Part shown: positions 50,383 through 60,504 of the stretch, in pieces
How positions within the stretch are numbered: position 1 is the stretch's first letter
Layout: each line of letters opens with the position of its first letter
Assembly: GCA_028823995.1 (NCBI GenBank)
Contig: JAPPFD010000007.1
Location: forward strand, 9,594-73,593
DNA length: 64,000 bases
Direction: 5' to 3'
From: a bacterium
GTDB taxonomy: Bacteria; Actinomycetota; Acidimicrobiia; Spongiisociales; ZC4RG35
Position numbers and translations under genes: made by a program
The notes under the pieces: generated by a model
What the model was told of the DNA's origin: nothing
The model's input: only the letters and a program-made list of their open reading frames with translations
Database searches by the model: none

Positions 50383-51136
50383 CGAAATGCCGGTGGCGCT
50401 GGTCACCGCAGCCGCGGGAGCAGGCATCGGAGCGGCGGTGGCGCGCCGACTTGCCTCGGACGGATTCGACGTGGTGGTGACCGACGCCCACGAGCGCCGA
50501 TGCCGGGAGTTCGCACGAGTCCTGTCCGCCGAACTCGGGCGGGACTTCCTCTCTTACCACCTCGACGTGACCGACCACGCGCAGGTACGCACCGTGATCG
50601 ACGACGTGGTGGCCCGACGAGGCCGCCTCGACGTGCTGGTCAACAACGCGGGATGGTCGAAGATCGAGCCGGTGGCCGAGATGTCCCTGGAGACCTGGCA
50701 ACGCTGCCTCGATGTGGATCTCACCGGCACGTTTGTGTGCATGCGTTACGCCCTCCCCACCATGATCGCCGGCGGAGGCGGCTCGGTCATCAACATCTCC
50801 TCGATCGCGGCGTGGGAGATGTCGGCCGATCACGGCGCAGCCTACTCGGCCGCCAAGGCCGGTGTGTTGGCCCTCACCCGGGTGGCAGCGGCCGAGAACG
50901 GGGTCCACGGAGTGCGCGTCAACGCCGTGGCTCCCGGCCTCATCCACAACGAATTCCTGCGCAGGATCTACCCCAACGAGTTCTTCGACCAATACCTCTC
51001 CGACAAAGCGTTCCTGGGCCGCATAGGACGACCTGACGATGTGGCCGGCATGGTTTCCTTCCTGGCCTCGGACGAAGCCGGCTACGTGACGGGCGAGGTC
51101 TTCACCGTCTCCGGAGGTGTGTCCGCCCGTGGATGA
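50375..51136 (+). CDS. SDR family oxidoreductase
   Basis: TAAAGAGIG, NNAG, YSAAK. Confidence 0.9.
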   Translation: MVDEMPVALVTAAAGAGIGAAVARRLASDGFDVVVTDAHERRCREFARVLSAELGRDFLSYHLDVTDHAQVRTVIDDVVARRGRLDVLVNNAGWSKIEPVAEMSLETWQRCLDVDLTGTFVCMRYALPTMIAGGGGSVINISSIAAWEMSADHGAAYSAAKAGVLALTRVAAAENGVHGVRVNAVAPGLIHNEFLRRIYPNEFFDQYLSDKAFLGRIGRPDDVAGMVSFLASDEAGYVTGEVFTVSGGVSARG

Positions 51137-52508
51137 GGGGCCGCTCTGGTGGCCCGTCCGGCGACTCCTTGCCGCCTACCGCGACGGCTCGCTCTCGCCC
51201 GTGGAGGTTGCGGACCTGGCCCAGGCGCGCATCGCCGAGACCAATCCGATCCTTCATGCGTTCATCCGCCCCACCCCCGCACTGGCCCGGCGTCAAGCCG
51301 AGGCCGCCGAGACGGCCTACCGTTCGGGTAGCCCTGGCCCTCTCGCCGGCGTCCCCGTCTCGATCAAGGACGCCTTCCACATCAAGGGTCACGTCACCAC
51401 CCTGGGTTCGCTGGCCCACGTCAACGACGTTGCCGGCCACGACTCCGGCGCGGTGCGCCGCCTGCGAAGGGCCGGAGCCGTGATCGTCGGTAAGACCAAC
51501 CTCCCCGAGTTCTGCCAGTCGGCCACCACTGACAACCTGCTCGGTCCCCCCACCGCCAACCCTTTCAACCCCGACCTCACGGCGGGAGGGTCGAGCGGCG
51601 GTGCGGCGGCATCGGTCGCCTCGGGGGCCTGCACTCTGGCGCTCGGATCCGACGGCGGTGGATCGATCCGCATACCTGCGTCTTTCTGCGGCCTCGTGGG
51701 CTTGAAACCCACCCATGGAGCCATAGACGACGCTCAGGGCTTCCGGGCGTTCAGCCCGTTCGTCTCCGTGGGACCCCTGGCCCGTTGCGTGGACGACGCC
51801 CGCTACCTGTTTCGGGCGCTCTCAGCCGGAGGCGACGTTACCGCAGGGACGCCGGCCGGAAAGGGGCCCCGTCGTGTGGCGTGGTGCCCCAGCCCGGAAG
51901 GCCGCCCGGTCGACAGCGGTGTGGCGAGGGCGGCAATGGCGGCGGTGGACAAACTGGCCGCCTGCGGACACCACATCCGCCCTGTGGATCTCGACCTCGA
52001 AGGATGGGAGGACATATTCGGGCCGATCGTGCTCGCCGAGGAAGGTGAGCGGCGGGGGCGCCTGCTCGACGGACCCCACCGGTTGACGACCTACCAGGAA
52101 CGGTCATTGAGGGCGGCAGGGCGGCTCAGCCAGAAGACCATCGCCAAGGCCTTTTCGGACCTCGCCGAGTTCCGGGGTCGGGTGGATGGGCACTTTCGCG
52201 ACTACGACGTGATCATCACCCCCGCCACCGCCACCACGGCCTTCGAACTCGGCTGCCGACCGACGACTATTTCCGGCCGGGGGGTCGGGTGGCTCTGGGG
52301 AGCTTTCCCGTTCACCGCGCCATTCAATGTCTCCGGACATCCGGCGGTAGTGCTCCCCGTAGGGTTCCCGGACGGCCTGCCGGCCGCCATTCAACTGGTC
52401 GGACGCCGCGGGGACGACCGTGACCTGCTTTCCCTTGCCGGGCAACTGGAAGCCGAGTTGGACATCCGGCCCTTTACCCGCCTGTCGCCCCGGGTCCTGG
52501 CCCCATGA
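51129..52508 (+). CDS. Amidase-signature enzyme
   Basis: SIKD, GKTNLPEF, GGSSGG, GSDGGGSIRIPA. Confidence 0.9.
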   Translation: MDEGPLWWPVRRLLAAYRDGSLSPVEVADLAQARIAETNPILHAFIRPTPALARRQAEAAETAYRSGSPGPLAGVPVSIKDAFHIKGHVTTLGSLAHVNDVAGHDSGAVRRLRRAGAVIVGKTNLPEFCQSATTDNLLGPPTANPFNPDLTAGGSSGGAAASVASGACTLALGSDGGGSIRIPASFCGLVGLKPTHGAIDDAQGFRAFSPFVSVGPLARCVDDARYLFRALSAGGDVTAGTPAGKGPRRVAWCPSPEGRPVDSGVARAAMAAVDKLAACGHHIRPVDLDLEGWEDIFGPIVLAEEGERRGRLLDGPHRLTTYQERSLRAAGRLSQKTIAKAFSDLAEFRGRVDGHFRDYDVIITPATATTAFELGCRPTTISGRGVGWLWGAFPFTAPFNVSGHPAVVLPVGFPDGLPAAIQLVGRRGDDRDLLSLAGQLEAELDIRPFTRLSPRVLAP

Positions 52509-53290
52509 CAGACGTAAGGCACAAGGTCGACGGTTCCACCCTCCTTGCAAGGATCCACCGGCCGGATCGCGCCAACGCCCTGCGGCGCCGGACAATTCAC
52601 GAACTCGAAGCCCTGTTGGTTGCGGCCGAAGCTTCCGAGCCCGACTCCGCCGGACTGCCGGGCGCCTGCATCACGGGGGTGGTCATCACCGGGGGCCCCA
52701 AACGCTTCAGCGCAGGCGCTGACCTAGCCACGCTTACCGGAACGGTCAAGGACCTGGAGTTCGACGACGCCCTCGAACAACTGTGTCACCGGATAATCCA
52801 CAGCCCGCTGCCGGTGGTTGCCGCCGTCGAGGGCGCCTGCTTCGGCGCGGCCGTCGACCTGGCATGGGCTTGTGATGCAGTGGTCATTTCGGAGGAGGCA
52901 CGCGTCGCCCTGCCCTCCACCAGTTTGGGAATCCTGTACAACCCGCTGTCGGTGGCCCGCCTGCACTCCCGGCTCGGTTCCTCCACCCTTCGCCGTCTCA
53001 TGGTTCTCCAACAGGAACTGGAGGGGCGGGAACTTCCGCCTGGCTCGGCCGAGGTGACACCACCGGGTGCTGCGGCTTCGACCGCCGTGCGCCTTGTGCA
53101 AGGGGTGTCCGCGGAAGGCGGCGCGATGGCGGCCACCAAGGCTCTCCTGGCGTCTTTGGACAGCAGAGCCCGGTTCGACCCCGCACGATGGCAGGTGGAG
53201 CGAGAAGCCCTGTTGGCCTCAACCGCCCGCCGGGAGGCCCTCGAGGCCCGCCGGGCCTCGATCACGAAAGAGAAACGGCCCCAAGCCTGA
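52505..53290 (+). CDS. Enoyl-CoA hydratase/isomerase family
   Basis: RANAL, FSAGADL, PVVAAVEG.C.G. Confidence 0.85.
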   Translation: MTDVRHKVDGSTLLARIHRPDRANALRRRTIHELEALLVAAEASEPDSAGLPGACITGVVITGGPKRFSAGADLATLTGTVKDLEFDDALEQLCHRIIHSPLPVVAAVEGACFGAAVDLAWACDAVVISEEARVALPSTSLGILYNPLSVARLHSRLGSSTLRRLMVLQQELEGRELPPGSAEVTPPGAAASTAVRLVQGVSAEGGAMAATKALLASLDSRARFDPARWQVEREALLASTARREALEARRASITKEKRPQA

Positions 53291-53352
53291 ACGATCCAAC
53301 CCCTCCTGGGCGTCTCGCTCCTTGTTGACACCTGCCGGTCCCGGGCGGCGGG

Positions 53353-55752
53353 TCAGCGACTGTTCTCCCGCTCTTCCCGGCGACCCGCGGAGACCGATGA
53401 GGTGACAAGACTCAGAACATGTGGGGCGGTGATCGGGGTGCGGGTGATCTCTGCGACGCCCAGGTCCGACAGCGCCTCCTCGACGGCGGATGCGATGGCG
53501 GGCGCAGGACCGATGATCCCCGCCTCGCCGGATCCCTTGGCGCCCCACGGCATGGCCGGCGCCGGGGATTGGAAGTGGCGGACCACCATGTTCGGTATCT
53601 CGGTGGCGGTGGGCAGGTGGTAGTCGAGGAACGACGTCGACATCGGGTTCCCCCATTCGTCGTAATGGAGTTTCTCCAGGAGTGCGCCGCCGATTCCCTG
53701 TGCTATCCCGCCCACCACCTGCCCCCTGACGATCTGGGGGTTGATGACCGTGCCGCAGTCATGGGCCACGATGTACTCGAGGACCCGCACCTTCCCGGTG
53801 CCGACGTCCACGGACACGACCGCCCCGTGGGAGGCGTTGGTGTAGGTGGCGCAGCCATTGAGCCGCCCAAACTCGTCGGGATGGTGCTCGATGCCGGGAG
53901 GCTCGTAGCTGGCGGTGGCCTGCATGCCGGGTTTCACCCCTTCGGGCAGGTCGATGGTGCGAATGTTGGCAACCGTGGCGACGTCCCGCCACGTCACCGA
54001 CGCTCCGGGCGTTCCGCGGACGCTGAACCGTCCGTCCTGAACCGTGATGTCGTCCGGCGACGCCTCCATCAGGTGAGCTGCGATGCGGGTCGCCTTGTCC
54101 ATCACAACGTCGGCGGCTTCCCGGAGGGCGCCCGAGGCCACGTTGGTGCTCCTGCTCCCCCAACTGCCGAGCCCGTAGGGAGTCCGGTCGGTGTCACCCA
54201 TGACGATCCGGACCTGGTCGCGCCCGACGCCCAGCGCCTCTGCGGCGAGCGAGGTCAGCATGGACTCGAGGCCCTGGCCCGAGGTGGAGACGCCCACCGA
54301 AACCACGGCGGTGCCGTCGGGGTTCATCCTGACCGAGCACGAGTCGAAAGAGGTCCAGTGCCCGCTGGTGGCGAAATACGACGGGGTCACGCCCTCGATG
54401 TAGCTGACCACGCCCGATCCCAGCCGGACATGAGGGTCATGGGCGAGCCGCGCCTGCCATCGGTCAAGGCTCTCCGAGGTGAGGCGAGCGGTCTCCTCGA
54501 AGGCCTGGCGGTGACTCCCGGAGTCGACGATGGCGCCGGACGACGTCCGGTAGGGGAGGTCGTCCGGGCCTAAGAGGTTGCGACGTCTGATCTCCCGCCG
54601 TTCGATCCCCAGGCGGTCGGCGGCCTTGTCCATCAGGCGTTCCATAGCGAATACGGCCTCCGGAATCCCGAAGCCCCGGTAGGCGCCGCAGGGAGTCTTG
54701 TTGGTCGCTACGGCAATGACGCCCACCGACTGGTGGGGGATCCGGTACGGGCCGGTGATTTGGCTGACGGCTGCGAAGGCGGGCGAGAAGCCGTAGGGGT
54801 ACATCTCAGCGGCTCCCAGGTCTTGTATGGCCATCCCACGCACCGCTCGGAACCGCCCGTCCCCATCGACGGCCGCCTCGAGGTCGAGGGTCAGGTCGCG
54901 GGCGTGACAGGCCGAAATCAGATGTTCCCTCCGGTCCTCGATCCACCGCACCGGCCTCCCGAGCCTCATGGCCAACCAGGGGATCGTCACCTCCTCTGTG
55001 TAGAACTCCGCCTTGACGCCGAACCCTCCTCCCACATCCGGGGCGATCACGCGGATGTCCGTCTCGTCCAAGGGGAGGCAGTAGGACAGCATGGTGCGGG
55101 CGATGTGGGGAAACTGGGTGGACGTCCAGACCGTGAGCCGGCCATCCCGGTACTCGGCCGCCACTCCCCTCGTCTCCATGGGCACGCCGGCGTGCCGGCC
55201 GACCTGGTACCGGCCGGAGACGGTGGTCCTTCCCTCGAAGGCGGCCATCGCATCCGGGTTGGTAACCGCCGATTGGATCACGATGTTGTCCGGCCACTCC
55301 GGGTACAGGAGGGGAGCATCGGCGGCCAGGGCCTCGTCCACGGAGACCGCCGGATCGAGCGGTTCGAGTTCCGCGGACACGAGGTCGCGGGCGTCCTCCG
55401 CCTCGTACCGGTCATGCGCCACCACCACCGCGATGGGCGCCCCCACGTAGCGGACCCTGCCCCGCGCCAGGGGGAAGATGGCCACCGGCCGGGCGTTGCG
55501 GTCGAAGTCCGGGAAGGGTGAGACATCGGTCATGTCGTCCGCGGTGAATGCCCCCGCCACCCCGGGAAGCCCCATGGCGTCGGCCGTGTCCACGCTCTCG
55601 ATCAGGGCATGGGGCAGCGGGCTCCGGTAGAAGGCGGCGTCGAGCATCCCGGGCAGGGACACGTCTGCGACGAACCGCGCTCCGCCCGACAGCAGACGGT
55701 CGTCCTCGACGCGGGCCACATGAGCGCCGATGTGGCTGGGACGGGAGGTCAT
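53353..55752 (-). CDS. Xanthine dehydrogenase-family molybdopterin-binding subunit
   Basis: RVED, GGGFGVK, AYRGFG, GSWGSRS, GAKGSGEAG. Confidence 0.92.
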   Translation of the reverse strand: MTSRPSHIGAHVARVEDDRLLSGGARFVADVSLPGMLDAAFYRSPLPHALIESVDTADAMGLPGVAGAFTADDMTDVSPFPDFDRNARPVAIFPLARGRVRYVGAPIAVVVAHDRYEAEDARDLVSAELEPLDPAVSVDEALAADAPLLYPEWPDNIVIQSAVTNPDAMAAFEGRTTVSGRYQVGRHAGVPMETRGVAAEYRDGRLTVWTSTQFPHIARTMLSYCLPLDETDIRVIAPDVGGGFGVKAEFYTEEVTIPWLAMRLGRPVRWIEDRREHLISACHARDLTLDLEAAVDGDGRFRAVRGMAIQDLGAAEMYPYGFSPAFAAVSQITGPYRIPHQSVGVIAVATNKTPCGAYRGFGIPEAVFAMERLMDKAADRLGIERREIRRRNLLGPDDLPYRTSSGAIVDSGSHRQAFEETARLTSESLDRWQARLAHDPHVRLGSGVVSYIEGVTPSYFATSGHWTSFDSCSVRMNPDGTAVVSVGVSTSGQGLESMLTSLAAEALGVGRDQVRIVMGDTDRTPYGLGSWGSRSTNVASGALREAADVVMDKATRIAAHLMEASPDDITVQDGRFSVRGTPGASVTWRDVATVANIRTIDLPEGVKPGMQATASYEPPGIEHHPDEFGRLNGCATYTNASHGAVVSVDVGTGKVRVLEYIVAHDCGTVINPQIVRGQVVGGIAQGIGGALLEKLHYDEWGNPMSTSFLDYHLPTATEIPNMVVRHFQSPAPAMPWGAKGSGEAGIIGPAPAIASAVEEALSDLGVAEITRTPITAPHVLSLVTSSVSAGRREERENSR

Positions 55753-56237
55753 CGGTCCCGCCCCCAGGCCGCCATCACCGCGTCCACGATCCCCTCGTAG
55801 CCGGTACACCGGCACAGGTTGCCGGACAGGAGTTCCCGGACGCTCTCCTCATCGGGGTATTCGTCCGCCGTCACGCCGGCCAGCGTGGTCAAAAAGCCTG
55901 GCGTGCAGAAGCCGCATTGGAGACCGTGGTGTTCCCTGAACGCCTGCTGCATCGGGTTGAGACCGTCCTCGGGCGTGATTCCCTCCACGGTGGTCACATC
56001 GCATCCGTCGGCTTGGACCCCCAGCATGATGCAAGACCGGACGGGCCGGCCTTCCACGAGCACCGTGCACGCGCCGCACGAGCCCTGCTCACACCCGATG
56101 TGGGTCCCCGTGAGGCCCAGGTCTTCACGCAGAACGTCCACCAGAAGCCTGCGGGCGTCCACCGTCAGTTCAACCGGTCGACCGTTCACCGACATCGACA
56201 CGGGCAGGCGCCCGGCGGGCTGGCGGACCGGCTTCAC
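55749..56237 (-). CDS. (2Fe-2S) subunit (CoxS-like)
   Basis: GCEQGSCGACT, QCGFCTPG, CRCTGY. Confidence 0.93.
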   Translation of the reverse strand: MKPVRQPAGRLPVSMSVNGRPVELTVDARRLLVDVLREDLGLTGTHIGCEQGSCGACTVLVEGRPVRSCIMLGVQADGCDVTTVEGITPEDGLNPMQQAFREHHGLQCGFCTPGFLTTLAGVTADEYPDEESVRELLSGNLCRCTGYEGIVDAVMAAWGRDR

Positions 56238-57091
56238 CGGGTCATCTCCACGAGGGCTCGCCGCACCAGTTCCCCGGACACCCGCGCCCGGTAGGCGGCG
56301 TCGGCATGGACGTCCTCGGAGTCGGCTCGGGCAGTGCGCCTGGTCAGAGCCGCCACCTGGTCGAGAAGGTCCCCGGTGACCCGCTGTCCCTCCAGTCGAG
56401 CTTCCACTTCGCCGAGGCGCTGGGGGGACCCTCCCACCCCGAAAAGCGCCAGGGAAACGTCTCTCACCTTCCCCGCCCGGGTGGTGACAAGCTCTCCGGC
56501 CACCCCCGCGATCGCGAAGTCGCCCGACCGCGGGGCCACCTCGGCAACGGCGGCCCGAGTCTTCTTGGAAGCCGGGAAACGGACCTCCATAAGTATCTCG
56601 TCTTGAGCCAGAGCGGTGGTGAAGGGTCCCAGGAAGAACCGGTCGGCGGGGATTTGCCGAACGCCCGTCGCCGACCGGACGACCATGGTGGCGCCCAGGG
56701 CGAGGGCGACCGCCGGCATCTCCGCCGCCGGGTCAGCGTGGGCAATGCTCCCCGCCACGGTGCCCCGCATGCGGTTCTGAAGGTGACCGACGAAAGGAAG
56801 AGCCTTCTTGAGCAGGGGGCAGAAGCGCGCCACCTCGCTCGAGCGCTCCACCGCGTTCTGCGTGACCGCCGCGCCGACCCGCAGCATCCCGCGTTCCACC
56901 ACAAGCCGCCGGAGTTCTGTAACCAATACGATGTCCACCAAGACCGCTGGACGGGCCAGGCGGAAGTTCAACAGCGGTATCAGACTCTGACCCCCCGCCA
57001 GCACCCTTGCTTTATCCCCGTATTCGGACAGGATGCCGAGCACCTCGTCGAGGCTCTCCGGCCGGGCGTACTTGAATGGTGGCGGCTTCAC
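56234..57091 (-). CDS. FAD-binding subunit (CoxM-like)
   Basis: KPPPF.Y, AGGQSL, RGTVAGS.AHADP. Confidence 0.93.
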   Translation of the reverse strand: MKPPPFKYARPESLDEVLGILSEYGDKARVLAGGQSLIPLLNFRLARPAVLVDIVLVTELRRLVVERGMLRVGAAVTQNAVERSSEVARFCPLLKKALPFVGHLQNRMRGTVAGSIAHADPAAEMPAVALALGATMVVRSATGVRQIPADRFFLGPFTTALAQDEILMEVRFPASKKTRAAVAEVAPRSGDFAIAGVAGELVTTRAGKVRDVSLALFGVGGSPQRLGEVEARLEGQRVTGDLLDQVAALTRRTARADSEDVHADAAYRARVSGELVRRALVEMTR

Positions 57092-57300
57092 AGAAGAGAC
57101 ATCGGAATGCCCACACTACTACCGACCCTCTTCAAGCAATCGCCGGTGACCGCCAAGGCCCATGGTTGTCTACGGGTAGCCACCACCCCACGATATTCGG
57201 TGGGTGCAGTTGTGTGGGACGGTTTGGGCAAGCTGGTTGGTGGCGTGTTTGCCACCACACCTGAGGGTCAACAGGGCGACACCCGGAAGGGTCGCTGACG

Positions 57301-57332
57301 GACATATTTCGGCAACATTCGGTCGTCATAGT
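57301..57332 (+). promoter_or_regulatory. Conserved upstream motif, copy 2
   Basis: GACATATTTCGGCAACATTCGGTCGTCATAGT. Confidence 0.55.
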
Positions 57333-57369
57333 TACGGGCATGACAGAAGCTTCAAGAAAGGAGCAGAAC

Positions 57370-58854
57370 ATGAAGCGTTTGAGGTTTTTGACCAGGAACC
57401 GCCTGATCGGGGCGGTTCTTGGTACGGTGCTCACAGCAGGCGTGCTGGTCGGTTGTGGCGCCGGTAACGAGGGCTCCGAAGGCCCGGAGTCCGGAGTTGA
57501 GGGCACCACGGAACAAAGCGGCGAAGGCGGCGGCGAGCACGGCGCCGGCGGCGAAGGAACCGGCGGCGAGAGCGGCGGCGAAGGCGGATCGGGCGGCGAA
57601 GAGGCCAGCGGCAACATGTTGACGCTGAACCAGACCTTCGACCAGACCCGGGCCGGCGCCCGGCTGGTCATCGGCTACGACGCCTCCACCAACTCGTTCG
57701 TGGGGACCGTGGAGAACACCACCAACAACACTCTCACCCGGGTGAGGATCGAGGCTCACCTCTCCAACGGAGTCGAACTCGGTCCGACCACCCCGGTGGA
57801 CTTGGCGCCCGGTGAGATCCTGGCGGTCGACCTTCCGGCCACGGCCCAGCCGTTCACCGGATGGACCCCCCACGCCGAGGTCGGCGGAGGCGAAGGAACC
57901 GGCGGCGAGTCCGGTGTTGAAGGACCCGAAGGCAGCGGCACCGAGGGCGGTAACGAAACCGGTGTTGAAGGACCCGAAGGCAGCGGTGTCGAACTGAACG
58001 AGGCGGCCATGTCGAGCCCGGTGGTTCCTCTCGACCAGACGTGGAACGGCAACCTCGGCGGATTGGCTGTTTCTGCCTGGTACGACGCGGCCACCCAGAC
58101 TGTCCACAGCACCGTGCAGAACACCACCTCGCAGGCGCTCTGCTACGTGCAGGCCGAACCCCACCTGAAGTCGGGAACGCAGACGGTAGGAGAACTCGGT
58201 CCCGACGTGCTCGGACACCTGAGCCCCGGACAAACCGCCACCTCCAGCGTGGCGCTCTCCACCGAACCCGCACTTGCGGGGGTCTCCTTCGACGGATACG
58301 TCATCCACATGGAGATCTTCGACTGCGCAGGCTCCGGTCCGGTGCCCCACACCGGAGGAGAAGGCGGCGGAGGCGAAGGCGCCGGCGGTGAAGGCCACGG
58401 ACCCGGCGGCGAAGGCGGAAGCGAGAGCGGAAGCGAAGGCGGATCCGGTGGCGAAGAAGGTAGCGGCAACATGTTGACGTTGGACCAGACCTTCGACCAA
58501 ACCCGGGCCGGCGCCCGGCTGATCCTCGGCTACGACGCCTCCACCAACTCGTTCAAGGGCACGGTGGAGAACACCACCAACAACACCCTCACCCGGGTCA
58601 GGATCGAGGTTCACCTCTCCAACGGAGTCGAACTCGGTCCGACCACCCCCGTGGACATGGCCCCCGGCCAGATCCTGGCGGTTGACCTACCGGCCACAGC
58701 CCAGTCGTTCACCGGATGGACGCCACATGCCGAGGTCGGCAGCGGCGAAGGCGGTGGCGGCGGGGAAGGCAGCGAAGGCGGCGGTCGTGAAGGCGGCAAC
58801 GAACACGGCTCCGGCGGAGAACACGGCAGCGGCGGCGAAGGAGACAGCGGCTAA
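57370..58854 (+). CDS. Paralog of the three-domain Gly/Glu/His-linker lipoprotein
   Basis: AAGGAG RBS; lipobox LVGC; same A-B-A domains as 32512-33963. Confidence 0.85.
   Translation: MKRLRFLTRNRLIGAVLGTVLTAGVLVGCGAGNEGSEGPESGVEGTTEQSGEGGGEHGAGGEGTGGESGGEGGSGGEEASGNMLTLNQTFDQTRAGARLVIGYDASTNSFVGTVENTTNNTLTRVRIEAHLSNGVELGPTTPVDLAPGEILAVDLPATAQPFTGWTPHAEVGGGEGTGGESGVEGPEGSGTEGGNETGVEGPEGSGVELNEAAMSSPVVPLDQTWNGNLGGLAVSAWYDAATQTVHSTVQNTTSQALCYVQAEPHLKSGTQTVGELGPDVLGHLSPGQTATSSVALSTEPALAGVSFDGYVIHMEIFDCAGSGPVPHTGGEGGGGEGAGGEGHGPGGEGGSESGSEGGSGGEEGSGNMLTLDQTFDQTRAGARLILGYDASTNSFKGTVENTTNNTLTRVRIEVHLSNGVELGPTTPVDMAPGQILAVDLPATAQSFTGWTPHAEVGSGEGGGGGEGSEGGGREGGNEHGSGGEHGSGGEGDSG
57911..57986 (+). repeat. 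Intragenic tandem duplication in linker
   Basis: CCGGTGTTGAAGGACCCGAAGGCAGCGG at 57911 and 57959 (48-nt period). Confidence 0.8.
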
Positions 58855-58881
58855 ACCCCCAACCCGACACCGCCAACAACA

Positions 58882-58916
58882 GAGGCTCCGGTTCCGAACA
58901 TCGGAACCGGAGCCTC
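58882..58916 (+). terminator. Long hairpin after lipoprotein copy 2
   Basis: GAGGCTCCGGTTCCGA-ACA-TCGGAACCGGAGCCTC, a perfect 16-bp stem. Confidence 0.7.
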
Positions 58917-59053
58917 CCCGCGTGCAAAGAGCCCTGACCTGCCGCTGAATCGGCCGTAACCGGGAGGCATCACAGTTCAAGAGGGCGACACTACAAATCG
59001 AGGCGCCCTGTGGGCTACAGGAAAACCGAAAGGATGGCATCATAAGGGAAGGG

Positions 59054-59818
59054 ATGAGCGATCGGGTTGACTCCGTGGCAGTGATCACCGGCGGTGCCAG
59101 TGGGATCGGATGGAAAGCCGCCGAATTGCTACTGGAAAGCTGCCCGGATACGGCCTGCGCACTGGTTGATCTGAACGAAGGCCGGTCGGGGGAGTTGATC
59201 GAACGCTTCGGCCGACACCGGGTCCGTTTCGTGCAGTCCGATGTAACTGATCCGGCCGCAGTGAACGCCGCGGTGATGGAGATCGAGCACTGGAACCGGC
59301 CCATCAAAATGCTGGTCACCTGCGCGGGCATCCACATCGTGGGAGACAGCTTCGAGTATCCAAGCGAGCATTGGCGGGAGGTACTGAGGGTCCACGTCAA
59401 CGGGACCTTCTTTTGGTGCCAGGCCGCCGGTCGGGCAATGAGGGAGGCGGGCGGCGGGGCCATAGTGACCGTGGGATCCATCGCCCAGGACTTCGGGTTT
59501 CCCCGCCGGGCCGCCTACACCACGTCCAAGGCGGGGATCGCAGGACTGACCAGGGTGCTGGCCGTGGAGTGGGCGCCGGCGGGGATCAGGGTCAACCAGG
59601 TGGTCCCGGGAATGGTGGAGACCCCTATGTTGCAGCGAACCGCCGCCCAAGGAGTCCTGGACCTCGAGGCCGTCGCCGCAGAATACCCTCTGGGACGCAT
59701 CGGGACCACCGGAGACCTGGCCGAAGCCATCGTATTCCTGCTGTCGGAACAAGCAAGTTTCGTCACCGGGGCACTAATGCACGTGGACGGGGGCTTCCGA
59801 GCCCAGCGCCTTGCGTGA
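59054..59818 (+). CDS. SDR family oxidoreductase
   Basis: TGGASGIG, YTTSK. Confidence 0.9.
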   Translation: MSDRVDSVAVITGGASGIGWKAAELLLESCPDTACALVDLNEGRSGELIERFGRHRVRFVQSDVTDPAAVNAAVMEIEHWNRPIKMLVTCAGIHIVGDSFEYPSEHWREVLRVHVNGTFFWCQAAGRAMREAGGGAIVTVGSIAQDFGFPRRAAYTTSKAGIAGLTRVLAVEWAPAGIRVNQVVPGMVETPMLQRTAAQGVLDLEAVAAEYPLGRIGTTGDLAEAIVFLLSEQASFVTGALMHVDGGFRAQRLA

Positions 59819-59948
59819 GGGAGCGCATTCCAAGAACACGCCGCCATAGCCGTCAACGGGTGCAAAGTCAGAAAAAGCCACCAATCCGCCGAGCCGGGTA
59901 CGGTGTGACCTGGGCTGTCTCGTCGAGTTAGGATGATGGGGCACCACC

Positions 59949-60377
59949 ATGCGTTTCGTTATCGGATGGATTGCCGCGGGAACGTTGCTTGCCTTCTCCG
60001 TGTTGATTGCAGTATCCGCTTGGAACACCCGAGAAACCGCTACCTGGGTGGTGATCAGCGTCGGCGTTGCAGGCGGGCTGGGGGCCGCTCTCAGGTCGGT
60101 CGAGTCAGCAACACCGCTTGGCGGAAAGGAACTACTGCTAGCGACTTTGAAACCCATGTTGTCGTTCTCAGCAGGCGCGGCCGCCTTCCTGAGCATCTTC
60201 GCCGCCGAATGCCATGATGTGGCCGGGGTTCCGAGTTGGAAACGCTGCCAGTCATGGTTTGGCACCCCTACCCTCGACTGGCCGCGCGCACCTCTGTTGG
60301 CGCTTGCCCTCGGCCTGGGCATCAGCTACCTGGTCTGGCGGCTCTTAGGGAGGGTGGCCCCAAACCGCGGGGACTAG
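59949..60377 (+). CDS. Hypothetical membrane protein
   Basis: Four hydrophobic segments. Confidence 0.6.
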   Translation: MRFVIGWIAAGTLLAFSVLIAVSAWNTRETATWVVISVGVAGGLGAALRSVESATPLGGKELLLATLKPMLSFSAGAAAFLSIFAAECHDVAGVPSWKRCQSWFGTPTLDWPRAPLLALALGLGISYLVWRLLGRVAPNRGD

Positions 60378-60504
60378 CGATCCCGGTATTACACACCTAA
60401 GCCAACAGCCAGGTAACCCCTGACCAGGCAGAAACAGGCTGGGTGCTCTTGCAGTGACATGCTTTGATCTCCGGAGCAGCAGATACTCTCAGGGGTGGTG
60501 GTGT

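Noticed and set aside
53353-57091. Aerobic CO dehydrogenase (coxMSL)
   Set aside because: The active-site loop is AYRGFG, not the form I AYxCSFR, so it is called a generic Mo-hydroxylase
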